A stretch of DNA of 64,000 nucleotides from assembly GCF_963921235.1 (NCBI RefSeq), contig NC_086107.1, positions 96,846,001 to 96,910,000 of the forward strand, read 5' to 3'. The stretch comes from Mobula hypostoma. Its lineage: Eukaryota. The notes under the pieces are model-generated. The model made no database searches. It was not told the origin of the DNA and was given only the letters and a program-made list of their open reading frames with translations. Positions 24,666 through 36,729 of this stretch are shown here, one piece after another (positions within the stretch are counted from its first letter, which is position 1; each line of letters starts with the position of its first letter). The position numbers and the translations under genes were made by a program.

Positions 24666-26384
24666 CGTGCAGTTCTGAGAGCCACTGTATGAACAAAGGG
24701 AGCAATGACTAATCCCCACGAGGTGCCAATCCAGTCCAAGTCCGCCCAGCGTCATCTCCTCTGGGTAATATCAAACCGGACAACGTCATGCCCCGTAAAC
24801 TGATACCTGGTTTCCATGCTCTCTGGACTTGAGCAAGAATTAAAAATCCTGAACTCTGTACTGGGAGTTTGTACCAACACTTAAGACCTTGAGACATAGG
24901 AGCAGAATTAGACCATTCAGCCCATCGAGTCTACTACCCCATTCTCCATAACTTTGGTTGAATGTGCTCCTTAAGTCTACAATAAGATCCGCAAACCAAA
25001 GCAGGTCCTCTGGCACCTCCTTTGCCCTCTCTATTATACCTTTAGTTCAATCCCTTTCAGGAAGTAGACATCACTCTCAAGTTGGCAGTTAGTGAGTCAG
25101 CGGTGGTGGGGTGTTGATTGCCTTCCCGTGAGGGCTCATTGGCTTTTTCAGATTCTACTGCTTTGCTGTGGGGCTGGAGAAAATTTCTTTCCTGTGAAGA
25201 TGTGAGTGGTCAGGATGGGTTTTGTAGAAATCTACTATTACTAACATATTAACAAATTATTGACTGTTACTAACACTAGTTCCAACTTTTTTAAAGAAAG
25301 GAGTAAGGACCAGAGGAAGTGGTGGAGGTCGTCTATAATTAGAACATTTGCACAGGATTGCAGATAAAAAAACGTTTAGAAGGATATTGACCAAGCTGTT
25401 ACGATGCACACCCAACCGCGCCCATTCCGCAATTCCAACGCTCTAATTCTCCAGAGTATGGATAACTGGCATAGCCCCTTTAATGATCCAGAACAGTCCT
25501 GCTAATTGTCTACCATGTTTTGGCATCAGGATTTTAATTTTTAAGGACTGCCTGAATGGAGGTTCAGTGTTCAAATCAACTTGGGTTATCTCCTATGGTC
25601 TTGTTCAGTGCTGAGTTCTCGTTTCAGTTTCATACCGTGTCTCGATCCCAGCCTCAGATACTCAGCATCTGGGTTCTAGCCATTCTCGTTAAGGTCTCTC
25701 ATCACACAAACACAGACAAATGGGAATAGCGCAGGCAGGCAACTTGGTCAGCATGGGTGAGATGGGCTGAAGGACCGTTCTTCGTACACTACAAGTACAT
25801 GACATTAAAACATTTTGGTCTAGGATTATATAATTAATTGAGCTTAATTTTCCCAGGTTGAGGATGAGATATAAATTTGCATGTACAGATCAGGCCACGC
25901 TGCCCCTAAGACATTTGGAGTGTGGTGCTTGCTACAGAGAGCCCAGCATCTAGTGGTTTGATCTGCAGATATGAGCGTGCACAATACAGACATCAGAAAA
26001 ACCCACAAAGTATAAGTTCACCACAAAACTGAAGCTCATGAGAACTTCTGCAAAGTTGACTCACCAAAGTGTTATTGCCAGAGTACCCTGTGCAGCAGTT
26101 ATAATCTGTTACCATCAGCCGTCCCTGATCCTTCTGCCAGCACCTATACTGGAGCAATTCACAGCGGCCAATTACCTCACCGAGCCACGGGTTCACTGGG
26201 ACGTGGGAGGAAAGCATAGAGAACGTGCAAACTCCACACAGACAGCACCTGAGTTCAGCCGCGTCACGCGCTGCACTACCAGGTCGCCTGACGGACAATC
26301 CCCAACCTGTTCGTCCTCTGCGCCCACTTGTGGCAATGTGGGACCCTGTTTTGGGAAGTGTCCAGTGAACACCGTTAAACCCGT

Positions 26385-26672
26385 GGACGCGGCGGTAGCG
26401 TAGCAGTTAGCGCCATGCTATTACAGCCGGGGGCATCAGAGTTCAATCCCGACATCATCTGTAAGGTGTCTGTACATCCTCCCCGTGGAACAGGTGGGTT
26501 TTCTAGAGTACTCTGGTTTCCTTGCACAGTTCAAAGACCTACTGGTTAGTAAGTTAATTGCTCATTGTAAATTGTCCCATGATTAGGCTAGGAATTAAAA
26601 TTGGGGTTGATTGGGGCAGTGAAACTCATTGAGCCAGAAGGACTCATACCACACTGTGTCTGAAAATAAACA
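26385..26672 (+). mobile_element. V-SINE
   Basis: A box-like ggtagcgtagcagtt, B box gagttcaatccc, V-domain, aaataaa tail. Confidence 0.75.
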
Positions 26673-27149
26673 GAGAAATAAAACAATGTGTGCAGTTCTT
26701 GATTTGAGCTTCACCTTCGAGCATGGAATGAGTTTGCAGCAGAAGTGATGAGATGGGTTTGATTTTTAACATTTAAGAGAGGTTTGGGTAAGTACACAAA
26801 TGGGAGGAATGTGGAGAGCTATGGTCTGGGTGTCAGTCGATGGGAATAGGCAGAATAGTTCAATGCTGAACAGGTGAGCCGAAGGGCTTTTTTCTATGCT
26901 GTATGACTATTTGCAAATAACCATTTGAGCAAATATTAAACACAATCCATTCTTCTTGCATTTTCTCATCAGCACAGCATCTGCTCTGTCTGATGTAATA
27001 ATCAAAATTAACAAATTTATTCTCACTGACGTGAACAATTCAAAGTACTTAAATGACCTTGAAATACTTACTGGGCCTCTCTGTTCAAGAACAGCCAAGG
27101 ACTTGGGACGGGTGATTTTTAATCATCTCATTGACACAGCATCATTTAT

Positions 27150-27880
27150 GTAGATAGATGGATACTTTGTTGATTCTGAAGGAACTTGCAGTGTCACAGT
27201 AGCATTACAAGTGCACAGATACACAAATATTAGAAGAGAAGTGAGAAAGAATGAACAGTGTTACCTCAAAAAGTCTATCAGGAGGGTGTCATCACTTCCC
27301 CCGGCTATAGATTGACTCATTACAGAGCCTAACGGGCAAAGGTAAGAATGACCTCATGTCACGCTCTTTGAAGCAGCAGTCATCTTGGTCTATTACTAAA
27401 AGTGCTCCTCTGTTCAGCCAAGGTGGCACGCAGAGGGTGAGAAACATTGTCTAGAATTGCCAGGATTTTCCGTAGGGTCCTTTGTTCCACCACAGCCTCC
27501 AGTGTTTTCAGTTTGACTCCTATAACAGAGCCAGCCTTTCTAATCAGTTTATTGAGCCTGTTGGCATCACCTGTGTTGATGCCATTGCCCCAGCACACCA
27601 CCACATAGACCACAGACTGGTAGAATATGTGAAGGTGAGGTCTGCATACTCCAAGGGACTTCGGTCTCCTCAGGAGGTAGAGGCGAGTCTGGCCCTTCTT
27701 GTACACAGCCTCTGTGTTGGCGTAGCACTCAAGTCTGCCATCCAGTTGCACCCTCAGGTACTTGTAGGCCCTCACCACATCCACGTCCTCACCATCAATA
27801 GTAACAGGGAGTCTGTCATTCAGATGCAGCCCCAGATACTTGTAGGTCCTCCCACATCCACGTCCTCACCATCAGTAGTA
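27150..27880 (-). mobile_element. Rex1/Babar 3' fragment
   Basis: YKYLRVQLD...NTEAVYKKGQTRLYLLRR; local ~50-bp duplication at 27757/27833. Confidence 0.8.
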
Positions 27881-28721
27881 ACTCAGAGCCTTGTTGAGCC
27901 CCCAGGGTTGCTAATAGCTGGTCCAGTGAAACATCGTTACAGTTCTCAGAGCCCTCAGGTAAAATTCATGGAATTAAAGATACTGTTACTGAAATGGAAC
28001 AGTCATAATTAACATCAGGCCATCTGAGGAGGCCCAGGACCAAGCCAAACTACCTGTGAGTTGGTGGTCGTCATGAATAACTGTGTTCGTCAGACAAATC
28101 AGAGCCTCCTTTAACATGAGGTGAACAGGGGTCTGTATGGTGCTGTGCAGTTCTATGTTCTATAACTGGTGGTCATCTGCTAAGGTGTCCGATAGAACAT
28201 TGAGGTGAATCCAGCCTATTGTGACTGCCCCCGGCCCCCCGTCATTCCCACCTCCAGTCACAGGGTCTGGATATCGAGTGCTAAATGGGTTGTCCGCCCC
28301 AAGCACCCCCCAAAGCCCAGGGTGAGGCGAATCCTCAGCTCTCAGGGGGATGTTGGCCTGGTCTGGGGACGATGTTCAGTTCATTTCAGAGACTGGAGCG
28401 TGCAATCCAGGCCCAGCTGTTTGTGCAAGTACTGCTGAACATTAAAACAATTATTTTCCAGCGCAAAGAGGTTCCTGGGGATGGTGGGTTTACCATGTGA
28501 AGAAAAACTGTATTCTCTGGGTTTGGGCGATGAGAGAAGGTCTCATTGAAATGGGCATAATTGTGAGAGGGTTCAACAGATTCAAAGCAGGTGGAAGTTC
28601 CCCTGGACAAGGGGTGCCTCTGGCTCAGTGTATATAGAGAGAGAGAGAGAGAAAGAGACTGAGACTCTGACACTGTGTGGATGGCCACTCCTCACACACA
28701 TTTTTCAGTATTTTCCCTTTA

Positions 28722-28860
28722 TTTTACGAGGTCGAGTTGTGGTCTCGACACTCAACCCAGCACGGATGGAAAGCGTACTCAGGGGTGGACCCGACTGGTT
28801 TCGAACCCGGGAACCTCTGCTCCTGGGTCCGGTGCCAATGTCGCTGCACCACCAGCTGGC
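28722..28860 (-). mobile_element. Short tRNA-derived SINE (~140 bp)
   Basis: On minus: ggccagctggtggtgcagcg...ggttcgaaacc (B box)...caactcgacctcgtaaaa. Confidence 0.7.
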
Positions 28861-28864
28861 CCCT

Positions 28865-29480
28865 GATGGAGACTTATAAGGTTGAGAAGTGTAGAGAGAG
28901 GAGGTAGCCAGTATCTTTTTCCCAGGGTTGAAAGGTGTAGCACCCAGAGGGCATTGCAGTTAAGATGAGAGGAGGTAAGTACAAAGGAGATGTATGTGTG
29001 ACGATGTTTTTCACACAGAGAGAGTGATGGCTCTCTGGAATGTGCTGCCAGAGGTGTTGGTGGGGGCAAATTTGACAGAGGCATTCAAGATGGGCAAATA
29101 TTATGCAGGAATGATAGGCAGAAGGGATTAATTGGGCATTTGATTACTAGTGTTAGTGGTTCGGCACAACATTGTGGGCGAAGCACCTGTTCCTGTGCTG
29201 TTCTATGTGCAAACAAGGAGAGGCCATTTAGGACTGAGATGAGGAGAAACGTCATCACACACAGTGTGCTGGACCTTTGGAATTCTCTCCCCAGTTGGAT
29301 TGGGGAGGCTCAGCCAGTGAGTTCATTCAGAACGGAGACGGGTGCGTTTCTGGATATTATGGGAATCATGGACGTGGGGATAGGGAAGGAAGGCCGCACT
29401 GAAGTGGAGGATCAGCTGTGACCATCCGGAATGGCGGAGTGTGTTGGGAGGATCACTGGGCCTCCTGCCCCAGACTTCTG
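28865..29480 (+). mobile_element. Two decayed CR1 3' fragments
   Basis: FRTEMRRNVITHSVLDLWNSLP and related RT C-terminal and 3'UTR sequence. Confidence 0.7.
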
Positions 29481-29814
29481 GGCGTGATGTTAGAGTGAGG
29501 TTTGGATAGAAGCAAATGGTCACAGGGACAGCTACAAAGAGGACTGCTGCTTCTATATTCATCTAAGTTTATGTTAACACAAGTTTTTCATGTTTGCTGC
29601 TGCTGCAAAAAGCTAGTTTTCAGGCCATACTTTCCATGGGTATGTATGCCCATGACAATAAACTTGGATTTGAACTTCCTCAGTGCCCTCACCAACATTT
29701 GCCTGCAACAAATGTCACTCTTAAAGACAGGATGATCTTGTCTTTGTCACGTTGCCTCAGGTGGACCTTGCCTTGTGTAAATCCATGGCCTTGATTCCTG
29801 CAAATGGAAGCCAA

Positions 29815-30385
29815 CTACAATAATGAGCTCACTCTCAGGCTGGAGGAACAACACCTCATTTTCTGTCTGGGTAGCCTTCAACCTGACGGCATGACTTTGA
29901 TTTCTCTAGCTTGTAATTTCTCCCCCTTCTCCACGCCCCTCCCCCAGTCTTTCTTCTTCCATTATCCATTCTAATTACCGTCTTGCTCCTTCTTGTCTCC
30001 TTACCTGCCCATTACCTCTCTCTGGTTCCCCTCCTCCTTCCCTTCCTTCCATGTTCCACTATACTCTCTTATCAGTTTCGTCCTCCAGCCCTTTATCGTT
30101 TCTGCCCATCCCCTCCCATCTTCTCATCTCATCTCCCCTCCCCCCACCCACCCACCTTCCCTTTAACCTGGTTTCACCTCTCACCTGCCAGTTTGTATAC
30201 CTTCCCCTCCCCTCCACCTAATTCTGACCTTCTCTCCCCACCCATCCTTTCCAATCCTGAGGAAGGGTCTTGGCCAGAAACATCGACTGTTTATCCCCCT
30301 CCATAGATGCTGCCAGACTTGCTGAATTCCTCCAGCACTGTGTTTGCATTGCTCTGGATTTTCTGTACATGCAGAATCTCTCATC
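29815..30385 (+). mobile_element. Penelope-like element 3' fragment with a hammerhead variant (30252-30289)
   Basis: LEEQHLIFCLGSLQPDGM; pyrimidine-rich spacer; CUGAGGA...GAAACAUCGACUG; tail. Confidence 0.8.
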
Positions 30386-30724
30386 TTCATTGTCCACCAA
30401 AGGGGAAGATCTCCTGTGATCCCTTGCATCCAGATATCTCTTCATTTAATATGGCCAGATCCCCCCTCAGTTGTCCAGTCCAAAGCCTCTCTGATGCAAC
30501 GTACCCTTTCATGTCAGGATGTATTCTCCATTCCTGGGTGGTTAGTTGGTCATCGTAAATTATCCTGTGATTAGGCTAGGATTAAACTGGGGGATTGCCG
30601 TGCAGCACAGTGCTAAGGGCTGGAAGAGCCTATTCTGCGCTGTATCTCAATAAATACTCTTCAATAACTTCACACTCTTCCTGTTATATGCAACCTGAAT
30701 TGAACACAATAGGATTGAAAGAGT

Positions 30725-31172
30725 GAGGAGAAAATTTACAAGGATGTGGCCGAGACTTTAGGACTTGCGATATAGAGATTCGGACTTTATACCCTGCAGT
30801 GTAGGAGAATGAGGGGAGACTTGATTGAGGTATACAGAATGATGAGGGGTATAAATAGGGTAAAGTGGCTTTTTCCACTGAGGTTGGGTGAGGCTAGAAC
30901 TAGAGGTCATAGGTTAAGGATGAAAGGTGAAATATTTAAGGGGAAGCTGAGGGGGAACTTCTTCACTCAGAGGGTAGTGCAACTGTGGATGGAGCTGCCA
31001 GCACAAGTGGTCAATGCAGGTTCGATCGCAACATTTAAGAGAAGTTTGGATAAGTGCATAGATGGGAGGGCTATGGTCCTGGTGCAGGTAGGTGGGTCTA
31101 GGCAGGATAACAGTTCAACATGGATGAGGTGGGCTGAAGAGCATGTTTCTCTGTTGTGGTACTCTCTGACTC
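30725..31172 (+). mobile_element. CR1 3' fragment
   Basis: MRGDLIEVYRMM...RGNFFTQRVVQLW. Confidence 0.8.
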
Positions 31173-31469
31173 CCGATGATGCTCTTGTACTGTCTACCTG
31201 ATGGCAGTAGTAAGAAAAGAGCATGGTCTGGGTGGTGAGGATCTCTGATGATGGATGCTGCTTTCCTACACTGTTTCATGTAGATGTGCTCAATGGTTGG
31301 GAGGGCTTTACCAGTGTATGTACTAGGCCGAATCCACTACCTTTTGTAGGATTTTCAATTCAAAGGCATTGATGTTTCCATACCAGGCTGTGATGTAGCC
31401 AATCAATATGCTCTCCACCACCTGCATATCTATAGAAGTTTGTCCAAGTTTTTGGCGTCATGTTATGTT

Positions 31470-32240
31470 GTAAGATTAATAGCGACTCCTTTGTTTGCAT
31501 CTTTGGAAACAGTTCTATTTCCATCTTTAATATCCCTATTTTTCCCTTTCAGGGTTCTTTTGAAGACCCTGACTTAGATTTGCATGCTGACTATGGTTCT
31601 TTGTGGAAATGGGACCTGCTCATGGGGTTTCATAACTGGACGTTGTTCGGCACACCAAGGGCTTGGCCTAAGAGCTTTGCTTGCTTTCGGAGGACCGAGT
31701 TTTCGGGGGGTGGGGGGGGCGGGGATCGGAAATCGGTGTTCGAGCAGAAGACTGGTGTGTCATGGGAGATGGAAGAGACCAGAGATCTTTGGGCACAGAG
31801 GTCGGAAAAAGTGACGCAATGGACTTTTAACGTTGTAAACCAGCGAGTTGTTTGTTATGTCTCCCCACTCACTGTGAGATGGAGACACCTCTTTCTCCCT
31901 TATTAGGGAGAGAGAGAGCCTGTGGTATGTCAAATGCTGGGTGAACAATGTGGTCTTTGGAGTACTGCAAGTCTGTGTCTTTGCTGCTGCCTTGCTCACG
32001 GTTGAGTACTCTGTGGCGGGTGCCAATGCTTTTTTTTGCCGGCGGGGGGAGGGGGAATTGTTGCTTGCTGCCGCTTACGCGCGGGAGGGAGGGGAGCTGG
32101 GGGGGGTACTTTGGGGTTCTAACATTTGACTGTCATTAATTCTTTGGGGACTCTCTGTTTTCTTGGAGGTTGTAAAGAGAAAGCATTTCAGGATGTGTAT
32201 TGTATACATTTCTATGACATTAAATGTACCTTTTGAAATC
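31470..32240 (+). repeat. Unclassified ~800 bp non-coding repeat (family B), nested in a minus-strand Rex fragment
   Basis: Colinear with the reverse complement of 52280-53095. Confidence 0.75.
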
Positions 32241-33107
32241 TTTTGAGTTTCAGCATGACTTCCTTAATTTGGTACTCCATGCCCAATATTGTGCCTGTCT
32301 CATTCACCGCTTTCTCAGCTTGGACTATCATTTCTAATGCTTGCTAAGGCTCTCTGTGGCTAGTGGCCACGGGGCAACCATGGAGAATACTGCAGCAGTA
32401 AGCCATTGCTTGCAAGTGTGGACAAACAGGCAGAAACAGTGTTGGAGAAGCCCGCTGGCCCATGTTATCAGGGTCTCTTTTCCAAGTGGAGATTTGCTGC
32501 GTCTGTACCCACCTCTATCAGATTGCTCGATCAGGGTGACGATGAAATGTTTCCATGAAGGAAGCCAGCTAATTCGTCCACACTAAACAGGAAGATGACA
32601 GGCAGCTTTTAAAGCAGTGGCTTCCAAACTCTCTTTCATCGAGTGATTCACCCACACTACCTGATAATATCTATCTAGCTAGCTATAAATCTAATTGTAG
32701 ATGCATTCAGACCCTGAATGAAAATTACATTCCCTGCATACTTCTCCGTCACACATCCCTGCGCAGGTGGGTCAGCTTGTTTTTCAGCCCAGCTCGTGTT
32801 TGCTCTGCCTCATCTGAGTGGGGTCAAACTGCAAGTAAGGTTAATTTTGGCAGCACACACATAATGCTGGAGGAACTCGGCAGGCTAGGCAGCATCTATG
32901 GGAAAGGGTAAACGGTTGACATTCGGGCTGAGTCCATTCATCAGGACAACTTTGGCAACCTGTTTTTTAACATCCCATGACTAACTGAAGCAGTGACTCC
33001 CCTGCCCCCGCATCCCAGTTTTCTTTAAAGAGCCATCCTGACCCTGTTTGCCTTCCAATCTTCACTGTATCCAGGCTATTCCACCCAGTGAGTTCATCTT
33101 TAGGGAC

Positions 33108-33459
33108 GCAAACAACAGGAATTCTGCAGATGCTGGAAATTCAAGCAACACACATCAAAGTTGCTGGTGAACGCAGCAGGCCAGGCAGCACACTTTTCTT
33201 TCTTCCCGGACCTCCTGTCCCATGATCCTCTCATACCCCCTTTGCCAATCACCTGTCCAGCTCTTGGCTCCATCCCTCCCCCTCCTGTCTTCTCCTATCA
33301 TTTCGGATCTCCCCCTCCTCCTCCCACTTTCAAATCTCTTACTAACTCTTCCTTCAGTTAGTCCTGACGAAGGGTCCCAGCCTGAAACGTCCACTGTACC
33401 TCTTCCTAGAGATGCTGCCTGGCCTGCTGCGTTCACCAGCAACTTTGATGTGTGTTGCT
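33108..33459. mobile_element. Penelope-like fragment with an inverted pseudo-LTR arrangement
   Basis: Perfect 47-bp inverted repeat 33144-33190 / 33413-33459 enclosing the hammerhead. Confidence 0.8.
33360..33396 (+). ncRNA. Minimal hammerhead motif with one stem I mismatch
   Basis: AGUC-CUGACGA-AGG-gucccag-CCU-GAAAC-GUC-cACU. Confidence 0.65.
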
Positions 33460-33794
33460 CATCCTTAGGGGGTGACCTTCTTCAAAAAGAATTCAGAGTC
33501 AAAGTCAAAGGAATTTATTGTCATGTACACTAGGTGGAGTGAAAAGCTTACAGCAGCATTCAGTAGATGGAGGACCAGACTTCTGCGCTGAAGCATAGCA
33601 TCTGGTATTCTGAAAGGCAGCTACAAGGAGTACCCTCACTTATCAGGCAGATAGAACAACCTGAGAAGATCACAGAAGGAATGCTGCATATCAACAACAC
33701 TTTTACTGCCAAGATGTGACTCCCCACAGAGAAATAAACAATAGTTATCATTCACAATCAAAGTTGAGTTCGTTGTCAGAGGCACAAGTACATG

Positions 33795-34585
33795 CACTCA
33801 GAGGCCACTTTATTAGGTACACCTGCTTGTTAATTGATATCTAATCAGCCAATCGTGTGGCAGCAACTCGATGCATAAAAGCATGCTGACATGGTCAAGA
33901 GGCTCAGTTGTTCAGACCAAACAACAGGATGGGGAAGAAATGTGATTGAAGTGACTTTGACCGTGGAATGATTGCTGGTGCCAGACAGGGTGGTTTGAGT
34001 ATCTCAGAAACTGCTGATCTCCTGGGGAATTTATTTATTTATTTAGTGATACAGTGCAGAGAAGGTCCTCCCAACCTTTTGTACCAATCTACCCCAGCAA
34101 CCCCACAACCCCAATTAACCCTAACCTTCTCACAGGACTATTTAATTGATCATTGTATTCTATCCGGCAAGAACCTGGACTGTGGGAGGAAACCAGAGCA
34201 CCTGGGGAAACCCCACAGATTCCACAGCAACGACGTACAGAGACTCCTTACAGAACATCACCGGGATTGAACTCCGGAACGCTCTGAGCTGTAATAGCAT
34301 CACACTAATGCCACACCGCCGTGGTGCCCGACATTTTTCACGCACAGCAGTCTCTAGATCTTGCAGAGAATGGCGAGAATGCCTTGTTAATGGGAGAAGT
34401 CAGAGGAGAATGGCTGGAATGGTTCAATCTGACAGGAGGGCGGCAGTAACTCAAATAACCACACGTTACATCAGTGCTGTGAAGAAGCGCATCTCCAAAT
34501 GCACAACACATCGAAGCCCACCAACATACACTCAGTGGCCATTTTATTAGGTAAAAGAGGTACCAATTAAAGTGGCCAATGTGTG
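33795..34585 (+). mobile_element. Tc1/mariner deletion derivative with a nested SINE
   Basis: TIR cactcag(a/t)ggccactttattaggtac at 33795 and its complement at ~34560-34585; transposase HTH remnant RGMIAGARQGGLSISETADLLG...FSRTAVSR. Confidence 0.85.
34028..34326 (-). mobile_element. V-SINE-like insertion inside the Tc1 derivative
   Basis: (TTTA)n tail, ccaggtgctctggtttcctcccacagtcca on minus, B box ggagttcaatccc. Confidence 0.7.
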
Positions 34586-35560
34586 TATGTGCACGGGTGC
34601 AAAGAAAAAGTTACTTGCAGCAGCATCACCGACACAGAGCATCAGATAAACAGCATTCACTGGGAAAACATTAATTATATACAATTTTTACAATTTGATT
34701 TATCACCCACCCCTGTATTCCTCCGATTTGAGAATGCCGCTCGGAGGGCAGTTAAACTCGATCATGTTAGTTAGATTGAAGTCACAAGGCAGCCAGATTC
34801 AGTAAAGAATGATAGTTGCCATTCTATTAGCAAATATCAACAGCATTTCTGAATCCACAGCCCAGGGCTCTGTACCGACCAGGAAGCTAACTGGACCATC
34901 TTCCTGCTTGCTCCATTCGTGGACCAACTGATTTTAGTGACTTAGCTAAAACTCCTCTTACTAGTTTATTCCCAAACTATCAAAGTTACTTCATTAAATC
35001 AAACACATTTCTCTGTTTGAATGTTGTAGGTATCAGCACAACAGTCCAGTAACTGGGTAAAATAGCAAAACTCCGTGTTAAAGTAAGGGTGTTCATTCTA
35101 ATATGAGTCATTATCCCTCTGCCCCCACCACTAAAGCAGATGCTGTGGTCACCACGCTGTTTGTAGGAGTTTTTTATGCCCTGTAGTTTCCTATGCTAAC
35201 CAGTGACTCTGCGTCAACTGTATTTTGTTGCTGTAAAGTGTTTCCTCTGAGAGATTTCAAGTTCAAGTTTAATTGTTATTCAACCACACATGACTACAGC
35301 CAAACAAATACAAATTTTCCTCCTTGGAATTAATGCATTCTTCTCACCTTTTGGACTCTTCCCTATGCTAAGTGTGTGCAGGGCCAGGTTCCCGGTGATC
35401 AGCAGGGTTGCTCTATGCTTGGCCTTGTCGTCGCTCACCCAGTATGGGGCTGGACAGCGCTTCCATGGGGTTCGGGCTCCGGCAGCTGAACTGCCTGCCA
35501 GGAGCGAACAATCGTGTCAGGACGGCACAGAATACATGCACTACAAGTAACCGGACTTAC

Positions 35561-35760
35561 TCTTTGTGGAGCCCACGGGATTAGAGGGAGGGAGGTCGCA
35601 CAAGAACGGCCACTTCCTGTGTCCTCTTCAAGGTCCCATTTTTCAGTTGCGCTCTGGATCAGCTGGAGCCTGACAGTGATCAGCTGAAGGAGTCTGTTCT
35701 TTCCGCTCTGCGACCTGCTAGCAACTTCTCTCTGGCTTTCTCTCTCTCCCCCCAACCCCC
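35561..35760 (-). other. SMIM45: Probable non-coding first exon of SMIM45
   Basis: Consensus donor AAAGA|GTAAGT on the minus strand (acttac at 35555-35560) in repeat-free sequence just downstream of an X-box/CCAAT cluster. The coding exon has an acceptor and so needs an upstream exon. The 5' boundary is approximate. Confidence 0.6.
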
Positions 35761-35879
35761 TTGCTCTCGTGCTCGCTCTCTCTATCTCTCTCTTTCTCTC
35801 CCTCTCTTTCCAAAGCCCGTGCCGGGTTCTCTATATTCCTTCTCTATATCTCTGTCTCTCTCTGTCCTTTCCCAACACA

Positions 35880-36000
35880 CCGCCAATCTGGCAGCCCTCC
35901 AGCCTGAGAAATCCCTCCCCGAATACTTGTCAACCAATCTGCGCCTTCTTTTTTTGGCAGGACGATTTTTTTTTAAAATCCATCTGTTGCCATGGTAACC
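35880..36000 (-). promoter_or_regulatory. Probable SMIM45 promoter: RFX X-box plus two CCAAT boxes
   Basis: GTTGCCATGGTAAC at 35986-35999; CCAAT at 35883-35887 and 35934-35938; adjacent CT/GA tracts. Confidence 0.6.
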
Positions 36001-36729
36001 AGCCTGCTGAGCTGCTCCATGTGGTACTGAGGAAAGAGAGAGAGAGAGAGAGATGAAGCATCACATTAGACAGCGACCTATGAACTCCCTGAGGCACAGT
36101 ACACAGAAACATTGATAAAGCTGAACAATTCTATCTTCTGCCAAACTTCACATCATTCCTGGCAAGGTCTCTTATTTACATACAGTCAGCAGCTGATTGC
36201 ATTCGGCGGAGATTGGTTGCGGCCTAGAAATTTAAAATTCGTAAGCAGCCTAGCGTCAAGCTCACTGCAATGATATACCGTCACATCAGCTATGCGCCCA
36301 GGTAATGGGGGGGGGGGTTCTCCACCACTTCCAGTGATCATGTTTGTCTAATACTGCAGAACGCCCACAGCATTATGCCCCAGAATTCGATGCCAAAGCC
36401 CCAAAAGGGGATGTCTGGGTGGATGAGTGGAGAGAAAACAATGGAAGTAAGTTATTCTTCCCTCACTGCTCTTCCGCCACCTGACATTCCCTGATTGATC
36501 TACCTCAGTATCACTTCCCTGCAGTTGGAACTGGAATTGGGAGATGTTTATTATTGTTAATGTACCGAGATACAGTGAAAAGCTTTTGTTTGCATCCCAT
36601 CCAGTCAGATTCTATACATAAATAAACTAAGACAGTAAAAACAGAATGCAGCAGTTTGTATAACTGCAATACAGGTAGGAAAATAAGATGCAAAAGGGCC
36701 ACCACAAGGTAGATTGGGAGATCAAGGGT

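Noticed and set aside
35440..35485. REST/RE1 site
   Set aside because: Only the GGACAGCGC half-site is present; no correctly spaced TCAGCACC.
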